A stretch of DNA of 64,000 bases from contig RHPI01000008.1 in NCBI GenBank assembly GCA_009103225.1, positions 1-64,000 of the forward strand. Direction: 5' to 3'. Position 1 is the first letter of the stretch, and each line of letters opens with the position of its first letter. Both the position numbers and the translations under genes were made by a program. Under the pieces are notes generated by a model, which saw only the letters and a program-made list of their open reading frames with translations, was not told the origin of the DNA and made no database searches. This DNA comes from Chlorokybus atmophyticus (taxonomy: Eukaryota > Plantae > Mesostigma and Chlorokybus algae). This document shows, in pieces, positions 1 through 11,918 of the stretch.

Positions 1-2934
1 ACACCGTCAAAGTCAGATCCGAAGCTGGTCGGCACTGGTGTGGAGGGTTCGGAAGACCTTGAGGTGCAGAAGTTGCTTGAGGAGTTAAAAGACATCATGG
101 TGGACGGGTTACCATTTGGTTTGCCACCCACGCGCAGCATTAATCACCATGTGGAGCTCGTTAAGGGCGTGCACAAGCCGCCCTACAGACCGGTGTACAA
201 GCTGTCTCCGGCTGAGCTGGAGGAGGCGGAGAGACAAGTTGAGGACCTTCTGCAAAGTGGATACATCAGGCCTAGCAAGTCTCCGTATGGTGCACCTATC
301 TTGTTTGTGCGCAAGAAGAACGGATTTGCGCATGTGCGTTGATTACCGGCCGCTCATCAACATCACGACGAAGTATGTCTTTCCTTTGCCTCGCATCGAT
401 GAATTGTTGGAGCAGCTAGAAGGTGATGAGTTCTTCACAAGCTTGGACCTAGCTGGCGGCTACCATCAGATCCACGTAGCGCCCGAGGACATCGAGAAAA
501 CGGCAATCAATACTCGCTATGGCCATTACGAGTGGTTGGTAATGTCGTTTGGGATGACCAACGCTCCGGCAACGTTTCAAACCTTGATGAACGGTGTCTT
601 TGCTGATCTGATTGGCAAGGGTGTCCTCGTGTACCTCGATGACATTCTCGTGTATACCAAGAGCAAGAGCGAGCACATGGCGTTGCTACGTGAGGTGATG
701 CAGCGTCTACGTGCAAACAAGTTGTTCGCTCAGCTCGACAAGTGCCGTTTTTTGCTGCAAGAGGTGGAGTATCTCGGCCATCTTGTCTCCAAGCAAGGGA
801 TCAAGGCGGACCCCAACAAGATTGCGTCGGTGCGCGATTGGATTGCCCCGAAGAACGTGAAAGATGTCATGTCGTTCCTAGGGCTGGCTGGCTATTATTG
901 CAAGTTTGTGAGAGGCTTCTCGCACTTGGCATCACCATTAACGGCATTGTTGAAGAAGGGGGTGAGCTGGAGCTGGTTGGAGGCTGAAATGAAGGCGTTT
1001 TCTGACTTGAAAGCGGCCTTAACATCTGCACCCGTTCTTGTACATCCCAACATGCAATTGCCCTTCGTGGTGGCATGCGATGCTTCCGATAAGGCCGTTG
1101 GAGCTGTTTTGCAGCAAGATCATGGCAACGGCTTGCAACCAATGGCATTTTTCAGCAAGAAGTTGAGTGGAGCCGAGCTCAACTACCCCGTTCATGAGAA
1201 GGAATTGCTGGCGCAGGTGTTGGCGCTATGGCAATGACGTTGTTTTCTTGAGGGCAAGCGCTTCATCCTTAAAACGGATCACTCGCCATTGAGGTTCCTT
1301 CAAACGCAGCCTCATCTCTCGCGGCGGCAAGCTCGTTGGCTCGAGTTCTTTCAACTCCTCGACTTCGAAGTCAAGTACAAGCCCGGCTATTGGAACAAGG
1401 TTGCGGACGCGTTTAGTCGGTACCTCAATGCAATTGAAACGGTTGTTCAAGTGCAGCCCGAGTGGTTGAAGCAGATCCGAGCCTTGTTGCATGAGGACGC
1501 CGTCGGTAAGAAGGCTATTGAAGCGATCGAGAATGGAATTGGAATGGAACATGGCGGCCTTTGGGCATTGAAGGACGGGCTGCTATGGCACGGAGATCGC
1601 ATGTACATACCCAACATTGGTACATGCGCGTGGGATTGATGAAGGAAGCACACGACGCGCCAATGGCTGGTCATCAAGGGCTGGAGCGGACGCTAGCCTT
1701 GTTGAAACAGCGATTTTTCTGGTCGGAGATGCATCGTGATGTTAAGGACTATGTGGCATTGTGTGACACTTGTCAAAGGGTGAAGGCGAGCAACCAACGC
1801 GTCAGCGGGCTGCTCCAACCATTCCCAATACCTTTGACGAAGTGGGAGCAAGTTACTCTCGACTTCATCACGGGGCTGCCACGAACACGCGAAGGACATG
1901 ATGCTATCTGAGTGTTTGTGGACAAGACCAGCAAAATGGTGCGGTTGGCGCCATGTACGGAGACTTGCACGCCTCCGAGGCTGCCAAGTTGTTCATCAAG
2001 CATGTGGTGCGCTCTCAAGGCCTCTCGAGGAGCATGGTGAGTGATAGGGACCCGCGGTTCACGGGAAACTTCTGGAAGGCTCTCCATTCAGCTTTGGGCA
2101 CGACCTTGAAGTTCAGCACCGCATACCACCCTAAGACGGACGGCCAAACGGATCGCACCAACCGTGTGGTCGACGACATGCTACGGTGCTATGTGAACAG
2201 CCGACAAGACAATTGGGGAGACATGGTGGAGCTAATTGAGTTCACCATCAACAACCACAAGAGTGCAAGCACGGGCGTGACACCTTTTCTCATGAACTAT
2301 GGGCAACATCCGTTGACGCCGTTAACGGCATGGGCGCTTAGCACGCAATGTTCAGATGTGGAGGCCGTGGATGGCTGTTTCGAGAGGTGTGCGGCCATTA
2401 GTAAGGCAGCTTGGAGGCTCTGATTGTGGCACAAAACAGGCAAAAGCAATACGCCGATGCGCATCGCAAGCATGTTGTCTTTTTGAATGGTGATCGTGTG
2501 ATGCTCTCTACCAAGCATGTGCAGCTGGTCACGGGTGTGCGCAAGCTGAGTGAGCAATGGTTGGGACCTTTCAAAGTGATCAAGGTCATCTCGGAGGTAG
2601 CCTACAAGCTGGAGCTGCCCGATACCATGCGCGTGCACCCCGTTTTTCATGTCTCGCTTCTTAAAGCTTACAAGGGGGAGCCGCCACCTCGTCCGTCTCC
2701 GGTTCTGGTTGGTGAGGACCAAGCTGAGTGGGAGGTGGAGGCATCATTAAGAACAAGATGGTGGGAGGTGTGCGCAACTACTTGGTGAAGTGGCGCGGCT
2801 ATCCAATGCACGAGGCGACGTACGAACCCGAGGAGAACTTCACAAATGCTAAACAGATTTTGCAGGTGTACAAGGCCAGAGGAGGCACTCGTCAGTTTCG
2901 AGGACGAAGCTCCCCTAGGGGGGAAGGGGTGTAA
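1..2934 (+). mobile_element. pol: Ty3/Gypsy chromovirus-type LTR retrotransposon A, decayed pol (RT - RNase H - integrase - chromodomain); 5' part lies outside the window
   Basis: RT motifs CVDYRPL, FFTSLDLAGGYHQI, MSFGMTNAPATFQ, VYLDDILVY; RNase H ACDASDKAVGAVL and NYPVHEKELLA; integrase H..PMAGHQG...C..CQ, VTLDFITGLP, YHPKTDGQTDRTNR; chromodomain YLVKWRGYPMHEATYEPEEN. Disrupted by in-frame stops (1235-1237, 1909-1911) and several frameshifts. Confidence 0.96.
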
Positions 2935-3566
2935 CAGCTTGGACCTTTTTCCATAATTTACTACATACAGTACAATATGTGTTTTGCCTTTTTTCTAGCT
3001 TTATTAACGCTTTACGAAGGGCTTTTATAAGCTGTACAAGCGGTGCTCTGCTGCCGCGCGCGACTTCGCCTGCGACCAGCCCGGCAGCTGCCTGCCTGTG
3101 ACGTGACCTACTGAGGCAGCGGTGACGCAGCTGCCTGCCTGCGACGTACCTGCCTTGTGACGCGGACTGCACAGTCAGCTGCCGCGTGAATTGTAGCGAC
3201 GCGCGGGGTAGCAGTCTGCACTTATACAGGTCCTTTAGATTTGGTAAATCATCGACAAAACGCCTGGTTGTTAAGCTGCTTAGTTGTTGTGCTTGTATAA
3301 ATAGAAACCCTGTGTAATACAACCAACTCTTGTTTTCTGCTCTCTGCTGTGAGTATGCTTGTGTATGCTTGAGAGAGGCGTGATCCAAGGCACACTGCTG
3401 CGTTCTTGCTTGGCGTGGGAAGTAGTATTGTTGGCGTGCGTGTGCGTGCTCGACGCGTGCGTGCGTGTGCGGGAGATGACAAGGTTCCGGTGTGAAGACT
3501 GTGCTCAGCTGCACACATGTGTTGTATGACTTGTGTGCTGTGTATGTGAGCACGAGCATTGTTACA
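2930..3566 (+). repeat. 3' LTR of element A (637 bp), preceded by a polypurine tract at 2917-2929
   Basis: AGGGGGGAAGGGG is immediately followed by TGTAACA, and the segment ends in TGTTACA (7-bp terminal inverted repeat). The underlying gag reading frame of element B is cut exactly at 3566/3567. Confidence 0.88.
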
Positions 3567-6165
3567 ATGTAGCTGCGCGCGTCGCTGCAGTGGCAGCGGG
3601 CTCGATGATGGCGCTGCCGGTGGTGGCGAGAGTGCCGCTCAGTGGCGCGAAAGTGGTCTCACCGTTCGCTGACACAGGTGGTCCTGCAGTTGGAGCGGGA
3701 CCAGTGCGACCTACTGCTGCAGGGGCGGTGACAGCAGTGGCTGTTGCCAGCGTGCTCACTACTATTGGCGTCACGGTGCTCACTGATATACCCACTTTTG
3801 GTGCAGTAGTCGCTGCTGACGTTGACGGAGTCGACGTCGTAGCCGGTGTAACTGTTGCTGCTCGTGCAGCACCACTGGTGGCTTCAAAGGAGGTAGCTGC
3901 TGACAACGTTGCGGCTTCCCCTCAAACTCGTAGGGATGGTTGAATAAGTGACGGAGTGCTGGTGTCTCTCGTGCGCTTTGGAGTCATCAATGCCCATTGG
4001 GCAAAGTAGCAGGCGCGGTAGTCCTGCTCTTTGTCTTCCCCCAAGCGTGCCATACGCGCCATAAGGGCAGCGATATGGTCATCAGCTGGCGGGTTGGCTG
4101 GAGCCTTGGCGGCAACAGCAGCAGCGCGTGGACGTCCTTTCAGTCCCTTGCGCTAAGGAGGACGGTTCTTCCCCCTGTAGCCTTGCTCTTCCTCGCGAGC
4201 GTTGGCGTTGTTGTTGTTGTTATGGCCTCCGGTACAGTTGCTGTTGTAGCCACCAGAGTTGTTGCCGTTGTGGCCTCCAGTGTTGTGGCCGTTGTAGCCA
4301 CTAGGGTTGTTGCCGTTGTAATTGTTGGCCGGTTTCAACTCAGGAAACTTGAGCCAGCAGACTGACTCCAAGTGGCCTGTCTTGTGACAGTAGTCGCAGA
4401 CCAGAGTTGAGTACTTTTTGGTGCACTCCTTTTGGTAGTGCCCATGCCGGCCACAGCGATAACACAGCACAGGGGCAGGCAAAGCAGTATGCGCTGACCG
4501 TTTCCGTTTGTCGCGTGCTGGTGGAGCGTCCCGGCCACGTTCGCGGCGGGAAGGCTCGGTAGTTGTGCTGGCTACAAGCCGTGAGGCGCTACGGTTGGTG
4601 TCCAGCACGGCCTTCTCATACACCAAGCGCTTATGGATGGCTTGTGCAGTCTCGAAAGCTTCCTTGAGCGTGTAGCCAAGGGGCCTGCTGTAGTTTCAGG
4701 GTCAGGCGCGTCCACTCGCTCAGAGTGGCATCCAACTCATTGACATATACCACTGCAGCAGCCCGTCACTGACGATCTTGCAGTCAGTGTCCTTTACCAG
4801 CCCCTCCAGTCTAGAGTACAAACGTGGAGGGTCCTCGTTGGGCTTGCGTCGGAACCGCCTCAACTCCTCCACTTTGCTAGTGGTCTGCGGTGGGAAGGTG
4901 CAACGAAGTGCAGCGTATAGATCCTTGAGGGGAGAGTCAGAGATGGCAGCACCTACAGTGATGGCTGTGCGCGCAGTGCAACTGACCCGAGGGTGAAAGC
5001 ACTGCCTCCCGCGTGAGAGCCGGGTGTTGCCAGAGGTAGGGGTGTGCCCACCTCCACGGCTGCAGTTCGTTGTTCGTAAGGATGGCAGCAGAACGGTCAA
5101 GGATCCGGGCCCATCGCGAGGCCGTCTTGGTCTCAATCTCTGCAGGGGTCAGGTTGACGATCACCACCTCAGGCTCCTCCTCCTCTGCTCTGTCAATGGC
5201 TGTCGCTATGAACAAGCCGGACTGCAGCGGGAGTGGCATGTGGGAAGACGGCTGCTAGACTGTGCAGTGACGCAGATGCTATGGTACTGGCGAGCTCGCC
5301 ATAACCATCAACTCGATGCAGCTCATCAACAGACTTTTGACATCACGTGCGTCATGGTCCATATACCAAGCAGCAATGTGAAAAGAAATCTCATCTGACC
5401 AATCTTTGTTTTTCACAGCCTGCTGTCGCATCTTGGAGTGGAACTTGATGATGAATTCGTCCAGCGAGGTAGTGCCAGCACGTCCAGAAAAGTGCAGGGG
5501 CGTGGTTGAGCTGGAAGACTCCATCTCGTAGTCGTCACTGTCGGATGAGAGTGGGGAAGCTTGATGCCGAGGAGTGGACAGGAACAGAGTGAAGTCGGAG
5601 ACAGAACGCGAGCCTGTGTTGCTATGATCGTTGCTCCCGTCGCTAATGCGCTCGTAGGTGAGATTGGAGGTTGGGCTCCAGCAGCTGGGGTCACCCTCGT
5701 CTATTGGAGAGAACCGGGTGGGCCTGCTCATACAGCTAGTCCACAGGTGAAAGTGTATGCAGGGTAGAGTGTTTGTGCTCTACTGCCTGTCTCGTTGCCG
5801 CTACCACTCAACACACATCTACTTGTGTGTGCACTATGTAATGACAGTGATAACGAATGCACAAGGATGTGTTCCCAGATACAGACTGCACTATCTTACG
5901 CAGAATGCGACGCACTCACTTGAGCAAAGAGGGTGACAGTGTGCGTCAGCAATCACCACTCGATGTAGAACACAACTTCTAATTGAACTCACAACTGAAC
6001 AGGTACGCGCGGTGCTTATGTAGGCTATAGTCGTGAGCTACTCTGGAGTCATGACCTAGCTACTGGTCAGTGACGCGCGCGCGCTGGTATGCTGGTAGGC
6101 CAGGCGATGGTTTTAATGTAGGCATGCTTGACGAAGGCTGGTATGCGCGGGCATTGGGCATGACA
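3567..6165 (-). mobile_element. gag: LTR retrotransposon B: decayed gag with two CCHC zinc knuckles, interrupted by element A
   Basis: Minus-strand ORF pieces 5279-5731, 4937-5239, 4720-5136, 4153-4626 and 3567-3906. They include CYRCGRHGHYQKEC, CDYCHKTGHLESVC and a retrotransposon-gag-like segment (VEELRRFRRKPNEDPPRLYSRLEGL). The minus strand starts 5'-TGTCA at 6165, exactly where homology to element A's pol resumes on the plus strand. Confidence 0.8.
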
Positions 6166-6494
6166 TACCCGACACCATGCGTGTGCACCCCGTTTTTCAC
6201 GTCTCCTTTCACGTCTCCTTTCTGAAGGCATATCGAGGACAACCGCCAAAAAGGCCGCCCCCCAAAGTTGGCACGGATGGTGAAGAGTGGGAGGTAGAAG
6301 ACATCTTTGGTGAGAAGTTTGTGCATGGCGTGCGCAAGTTCTTAGTGCAATGGAAGGGCTATCCATTGCATGAAACAACCTGGGAGCCGGAGGCACACTT
6401 GGCTAATGCTCGAAACGTTGTGCGTGACTATCTTGCTCGACGCCAACCTCGCGAGCTTCGAGGACGAAGCTCACCTACGGGGGGAGGAGTGTAA
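6166..6494 (+). mobile_element. pol: Chromovirus element C, 3' end of pol (end of integrase plus chromodomain), related to element A
   Basis: MRVHPVFHVS...WEVEDI...FLVQWKGYPLHETTWEPEAHL...RGRSSPTGGGV parallels 2611-2934; the purine tract GGGGGAGGAG is followed by TGTAACA at 6490. Confidence 0.9.
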
Positions 6495-7149
6495 CAGTCA
6501 AGGCCACATTTCATGATTTTTATAGCCATTTTTGGCCTTATTTGTGAGGTATCATGTTTTTCATGACTTGTGGCAGATATCGGCGAGTTGCGAGTCTGCC
6601 GCAGATATCGATTGGCCCAGGGCCAGTCTAGAAGACGCCAGAAAACGGAGGGCCAGTCGAGAAGGGCTCGACCAGATTTCTGGAAGGGCCTGGCACCAGT
6701 AGTATAGCTTGACCGTATGAGCTGCAAATGAGGAGATCTTTGGTGCTTCAGAAAGGTCTAGAATTGTACTAAAGATTCTGCAAGAATATCTTAGCTTCTA
6801 GTTCCGTCTAGCGCGAGAATCGTCTAGACAATAGCATGTGCAGACTGGTAGGTCTAAAAGTGACATTCTATAATTTGCAATACAACCTTTAGCTCCCTAG
6901 TTTCTTGTGCGCAAGCCTGGTGGTGGTTAGCAGGGGTTGCTAGCGTGTATCCACTGGTGTGTGCTTGCTTGTGTGACGATCCAAGGCGCTTCACAAGTCG
7001 GTGTGCAGCTTCGAGCGCATGCGCGTGCGTGTGGCAGGGCGCGCGTGTGTGTTCGGCAGAGGGGGCAAGGTTCCGGTGTGAATATCGTGTCTTGGCGAGA
7101 GGGTTGTTGATTGGACCAACTAACAGGTGACAAGGCACCGTCATGTACA
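6490..7149 (+). repeat. 3' LTR of element C (~660 bp)
   Basis: Starts TGTAACA after the polypurine tract; shares AAGGTTCCGGTGTGAA with LTR A at a similar distance from a TGTACA end. The right boundary is inferred. Confidence 0.6.
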
Positions 7150-7462
7150 GAGACCGCCATAAAGTTGGTGGGAACGAGTGTAACGCGGCTAGTCGTTATA
7201 CTCCAAGTCAAGTGCTTGGGAAATCACATGTGTGTATATATCAGTGTGCAAACATACATATCACAAGTTGACAACAAGAATATGTGCTTGTTGCCAACAA
7301 TTTGTTGGTCAAGTAGTTGTGAATTATTTGATTAGTGTTTTTTTCATAGCATGTTTGCGGTACTGGTAGTGCGGCAATTCCCGCCGCATACTTGCGGTAC
7401 CGAGTTGGGAGCCTCGCGGGCTCACGTGGCCTGCGTCACGCGCCAAGTTGCGCGGCGAGTCA

Positions 7463-7526
7463 CGCGCGGCAGTCACGCGGCAGTCACGCCGCCGTTGCGG
7501 CGTGACTGCCGCGTGACTGCCGCGCG
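7463..7526. repeat. Perfect 30-bp inverted repeat with a 4-nt loop
   Basis: CGCGCGGCAGTCACGCGGCAGTCACGCCGC-cgtt-GCGGCGTGACTGCCGCGTGACTGCCGCGCG. Confidence 0.97.
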
Positions 7527-7646
7527 CGACGACGCGCTACTGGACAGTGGCGGGACTAAGCCGCTACGCCACAGCCAAGAAGGCTCTAGAATAAATCGAG
7601 AACAATCTGTAGTTGTGCACTAGTGGTCTTCAGAAAGTGTGTCTTA

Positions 7647-8168
7647 TGTAGAATATATGCAATGGTGTGCATGTGACTCACCATTGCACGGCCTTGTCAC
7701 ATACACAAGCACAAGCACAGTCCAACATGGCAACAACTTGTTTTACCACCGGGCTACCTATACAACCTCAGCTATCTAGCTTCGCTATTGCCCTTGCCCC
7801 GTTAGTCAACATGCATGCGTCATTACCTGTACACAAGGCGTTTCACACAGTCAGCTACTGGCCATGTCGCAATGGTGGTAGCAGTTGACAGCAGACGGAC
7901 TCCCCCTCCTCTCTCTTCCTCTGCCTCCGCCGCCCTCTCTCTTTGTGCTGCAATGTCCGCGCCCTTGCTGCAGTCCAGGGCTTGGGTTGCATCGTCAACG
8001 TTAGCAGTGCGCAACTGCTTGCACTGTTGCGACCGGCCATGTGGCCCGCATCAGCTGACTGCGCCCTCGCGCAATCGGTCTGGTAGCGCCATAGGTTATG
8101 AGCCCGGGTGGCGCTGGTGCCCTTGCTGACGGTTAGGTGCTGCGGTAGGGTTGGGTGATGGGGTTGGT
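7647..8168. repeat. Pseudo-LTR copy at the element's 3' end (522 bp)
   Basis: Matches 11397-11918 at a constant offset of 3750 with 9 substitutions and no indels. Confidence 0.95.
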
Positions 8169-11100
8169 GCAGTGCGTCCTTGGCACGGGCAAGTTGCTTT
8201 ACCATGAAGCTTGCTCCCCGCGCATGCTGATTTTTCAGTTGGCCTCGGTCGCTGCCAAGTGTCTTCAGCGTTGCGGATGCTTCTTCACATTCTTCACCAC
8301 CATCATGTACAACAGCATCGGTGGTGTGCAGTAGACGTAGTCCTTGCTGCGCAGCATTTGCTGTCTCAACGTTGTCAGCAGCTTGTTTCAGGGGTAGCCA
8401 TCACGTTGCATGGCTTGAATCAAGTCTGTCATGGCTGTCACGAAGTGGGTTCTGTATGTACACACGCGGGTAAAGCGCGCGTACTGCGAGTTAATCACAC
8501 CCAGCTGCACTGTGCGAGTGTGTTTGAGGTTGGCAGTGGCGCGCGGTGGTGCGGTATGGCTGTGTAGGCTGGCAGGTCCCGTTTACTGTACAGCTTGGTG
8601 CAGATGCCGTCCTCAGTTTGAAATACCTTCAAGTCCAGAAATGGCAGCTTCGCACCCATTGCTGCTCGCGTCACTGTTAAGGTTTCCCGTGGGTACAAGC
8701 CTCCTCCGGGGGCGCGCGGGTCCATGTACAGCAACCTCTCAAAGTCTTGCACTCCCACCACAAACAAATCATCAATGTAGCGCAAGATGCCACGCGTGCA
8801 TTGCTGCAACAGTTGTGGTTGTCCCTGTTGCCGCAGGCGCTGCATAAAGTCCAACTCATACGTCAGCAAGTCCCCATTAGCTAAGTGCACCCCCGCACTG
8901 TTGCCCATGGGGATGCCCACCCGCTGCTTGTAAACTTCATCGCTCGCCGATCGTATATACAAGTTGTCCAGCAGGTACATGAGCATGTCATGCAAGGACT
9001 CCGCAGTGAATGTTCGCCAGCAGCCCGCCTCGTCCGTTCGACGCTGCGCTGCTGCTGTCCAATGGTGCAACACCGATCCATCTGGTTGTACGGCTAGGTG
9101 CAGGTGCGTGGCACGGGTATGATGGTGCTGAAAGTGAAACGTGGCATTTACCAAGCGGCGCATACGTTGCAGCAAATTCCCGTGCTGTATGCGCGTGTAC
9201 AGGGTAGAGTCAAAGTCAAACGTTTGCAACAACAGATGCTGGCGCTTGTTGTGCAGTGTACTTGTGGTGTTGAACGCCGATTGCAGCCTGCTGAACGCCC
9301 TGGAATCTGTCATAATCCAATTGTGGTGCACCGTTGACAGTCCCACCACCTCCTCCCACAACTGATGCCAAATGGGCGTCATGCATTGGCTATATACGCT
9401 CTGCTCAGCCATACACTGGCATCTGCCAGGGAAGTGTCACGCGCCGCTGCTATGAAGCGAGGTTGAGGAGGATTCTTGTGCAGCTTGAACAACAAATACA
9501 AGTGCGGTAGTTTGGGTTATTCTCGCCATTTTGCAATTCCAAAATCATGCACTTGATTCCATTCCGCATGCCGTTGCAGCACCGCTGATACTGATGCATC
9601 TGTACGTTCATATGTATTCGTCAATAGTTTTTGCGCCAAGCACCACCAATAATACGTCTTGCACACGGCCACCAGAGTGCCTGTGCACTTGTCAACGTCT
9701 GTGATCATAAAGTCTCAGTGCAACAACTTCAACGATGCAGCATCCCACGTCGCCATGGTATTCAGCGCTTGGCTTTGTCCCTGGCACTCAATCACAGCGG
9801 CAATAGCATCCGCACGTTGGCGTACTAAAGACAACAACGTTGACACCCACTGTTGCAACACAAAAGGTTGTCCCCACTTCTCTTCCAGGTCACTTGCGAA
9901 ACGGGAGACAGCAGATGTAACTGCCGGCAAGCACACCGCGACGTTAGCCACCACTGGCTACGATACTTGGCACCACGCTGCAGCACAGTGCGCAGCACGC
10001 TGGAGCATGTCACGCGGTTGTAATCACAGCTCACAACATGGTTCAGACCGACATGCAGCTGCGTTCTCCATTGTGCTTGTTGACACACGCAGTTCGCAGC
10101 AGATACTACCTGTCGCTGCTGCAGGGCGGTAGAATTCAAGGTCTCCTTGCTGCGATTGCACAGCATATGTCCCACCGTTTGGCTACAACGCCACACCACC
10201 AGTGGTTGGCCTAGGCGCGCATGCAGGTGCGCAGGTAGTGTTGCCAGCAGCGAGGGGTGTGACATTAGCTTCTGCAGTTGCAGTTCATCGGCTGCGCCAT
10301 TGGCAAATGGGCATGCTATCAGCAACCTTGCATTGTGGGTTTGCGGCAATGCAGTTGGGTAGTTGGCCAACAAACGCTGCAAGGCTTCAGTAAGTGTAGC
10401 AGCATGACTTGGCAACACGTGCAAGTCTTGCGGTGCTGTATGCAGCAGCACATTCAACAAGTTGATGAGCTTGAACTTGAGCAGAGTGGTGATGGTAAAT
10501 GTCGTTTGGTGTACACGGGCAGCCAGCCCTTGGATGCGTCTGAAGAAATCTCTGTAACCAAATATTTTGCCGGGCCTCTCATGCGGCAGTGGTTGTGGTT
10601 GTCTCCTCAACTGCTGGCGTCTCCTGTGTGGTAGTCTGGCACTTTTGTACGGGCTGTGCTCCACATTGTATCTACGTGGCACGTGTGTACGCAAGCGCTG
10701 CGTCCACAACCACTCCTTCTTTGCAGCACGGTGATGCCAAGCATCATTGGTCTCATTGAGCAAGGGCGGTATGGACTCAATCGGTGACACTCCTCAAGAC
10801 TGCGCTGGTATCTTGCACACAGTTTGCTCCAGCATAATCGCAGTAGGCTGATGCGCAGCTCTCCAATGCCCTTGATACCTATGAAAGGCTGAGTTGACTG
10901 TCATGCCCACGTAGCATTTCTTTGTACCAGTCATCATGTTGATCACATATATGACGTGGTCGTCAAGTGTAGGTGACAGGCGCCAGGGCTTGTGCAAAAT
11001 GCGCATTACTCGCTTTATCTCCTCAACACTGGCAGTTGCCAATGCCAATGCACGTCCAACACACAAGCTTGTATGCTTGGCCAATCAAATCTCGGTGACG

Positions 11101-11396
11101 ACATGGCGCTTCTTCCGTGGAGGCACTGCTATGTATGATTAAACGGGGTGGGCAATACTTCCAGCTCACTACGCACTAGCTCAGTCAAGTAGTTCAACAT
11201 GCAGAGTGCTCCCGGTCAAGCACCCACAACATACGCAACACACGCCACTCGCAATATGCAAGACAATGCAACGCACATGTGCCATGCACCAACTATGCCG
11301 TAGCATAGGGTAGCCAGCCGCTTACCCAAACTGGCGCAAGCGCGCTGGTCTGGCCTCTGGCATGGGACGGTAAAAGACACCAACCAGGGCAGTTTG

Positions 11397-11918
11397 TGTA
11401 GAATATATGCAATGGTGTGCATGTGACTCACCATTGCACGGCCTTGTCACATACGCAAGCACAAGCACAGTCCAACATGGCAACAACTTGTTTTACCACC
11501 GGGCTGCCTATACAACCTCAGCTATCTAGCTTCGCTATTGCCCTTGCCCCGTTAGTCAACATGCATGCGTCATTACCTGTACACAAGGCGTTTCACACAG
11601 TCAGCTACTGGCCATGTCGCAATGGTGGTAGCAGTTGACAGCAGACGGACGCCCCCTCCTCTCTCTTCCTCTGCCTCCGCCGCCCTCTCTCCTTGTGCTG
11701 CAATGTCCGCGCCCTTGCTGCAGTCCAGGGCTTGGGTTGCATCGTCAACGTTAGCAGTGCGCAACTGCTTGCACTGCTGCGACCGGCCATGTGGCCCGCA
11801 TCAGCTGACTGCGCCCTCGCGCAGTCGGTCTGGTAGCGCCATAGGTTATGAGCCGGGGTGGCGCTGGTGCCCTTGCTGGCGGTTAGGTGCTGCGGTAGGG
11901 TTGGGTGGTGGGGTTGGT
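11397..11918. repeat. Pseudo-LTR copy at the element's 5' end (522 bp)
   Basis: Direct repeat of 7647-8168. Confidence 0.95.

Larger units (their letters stand above)
7647..11918 (-). mobile_element. Penelope-like retroelement (Chlamys/Naiad-type domain order: N-terminal GIY-YIG, then RT), decayed, with pseudo-LTR direct repeats
   Basis: Minus-strand order: VIYVIN...CYVGMT (GIY-YIG, 10794-11084); KEWLWTQRLRTHVPRRYN; ITDVDK...VAVCKTYY; LPHLYLLFKLHKNPPQPRFIAA; FDFDSTLYT; GIPMGNSAGVHLAN; RYIDDL; LPFLDL; INSQYARFTRVC...F...GYP thumb region (~8250). Contains stops and frameshifts. Confidence 0.92.

Noticed and set aside
7618-8280. Hammerhead ribozyme in or near the PLE repeats
   Set aside because: No CTGANGA...GAAA core with proper stems was found. 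The near-misses (minus-strand CTGAAGACCACTAGTG at ~7618-7633 and CTGAAGA...GAAA at ~8232-8268) lack GAAA or valid stems II/III. A covariance search could still find a variant.
9715-10796. Selenocysteine or readthrough at in-frame TGA codons of the PLE ORF (10794-10796, 9715-9717)
   Set aside because: The same ORF has an in-frame TAA and frameshifts; TGG-to-TGA and CGA-to-TGA decay explain the stops more simply.
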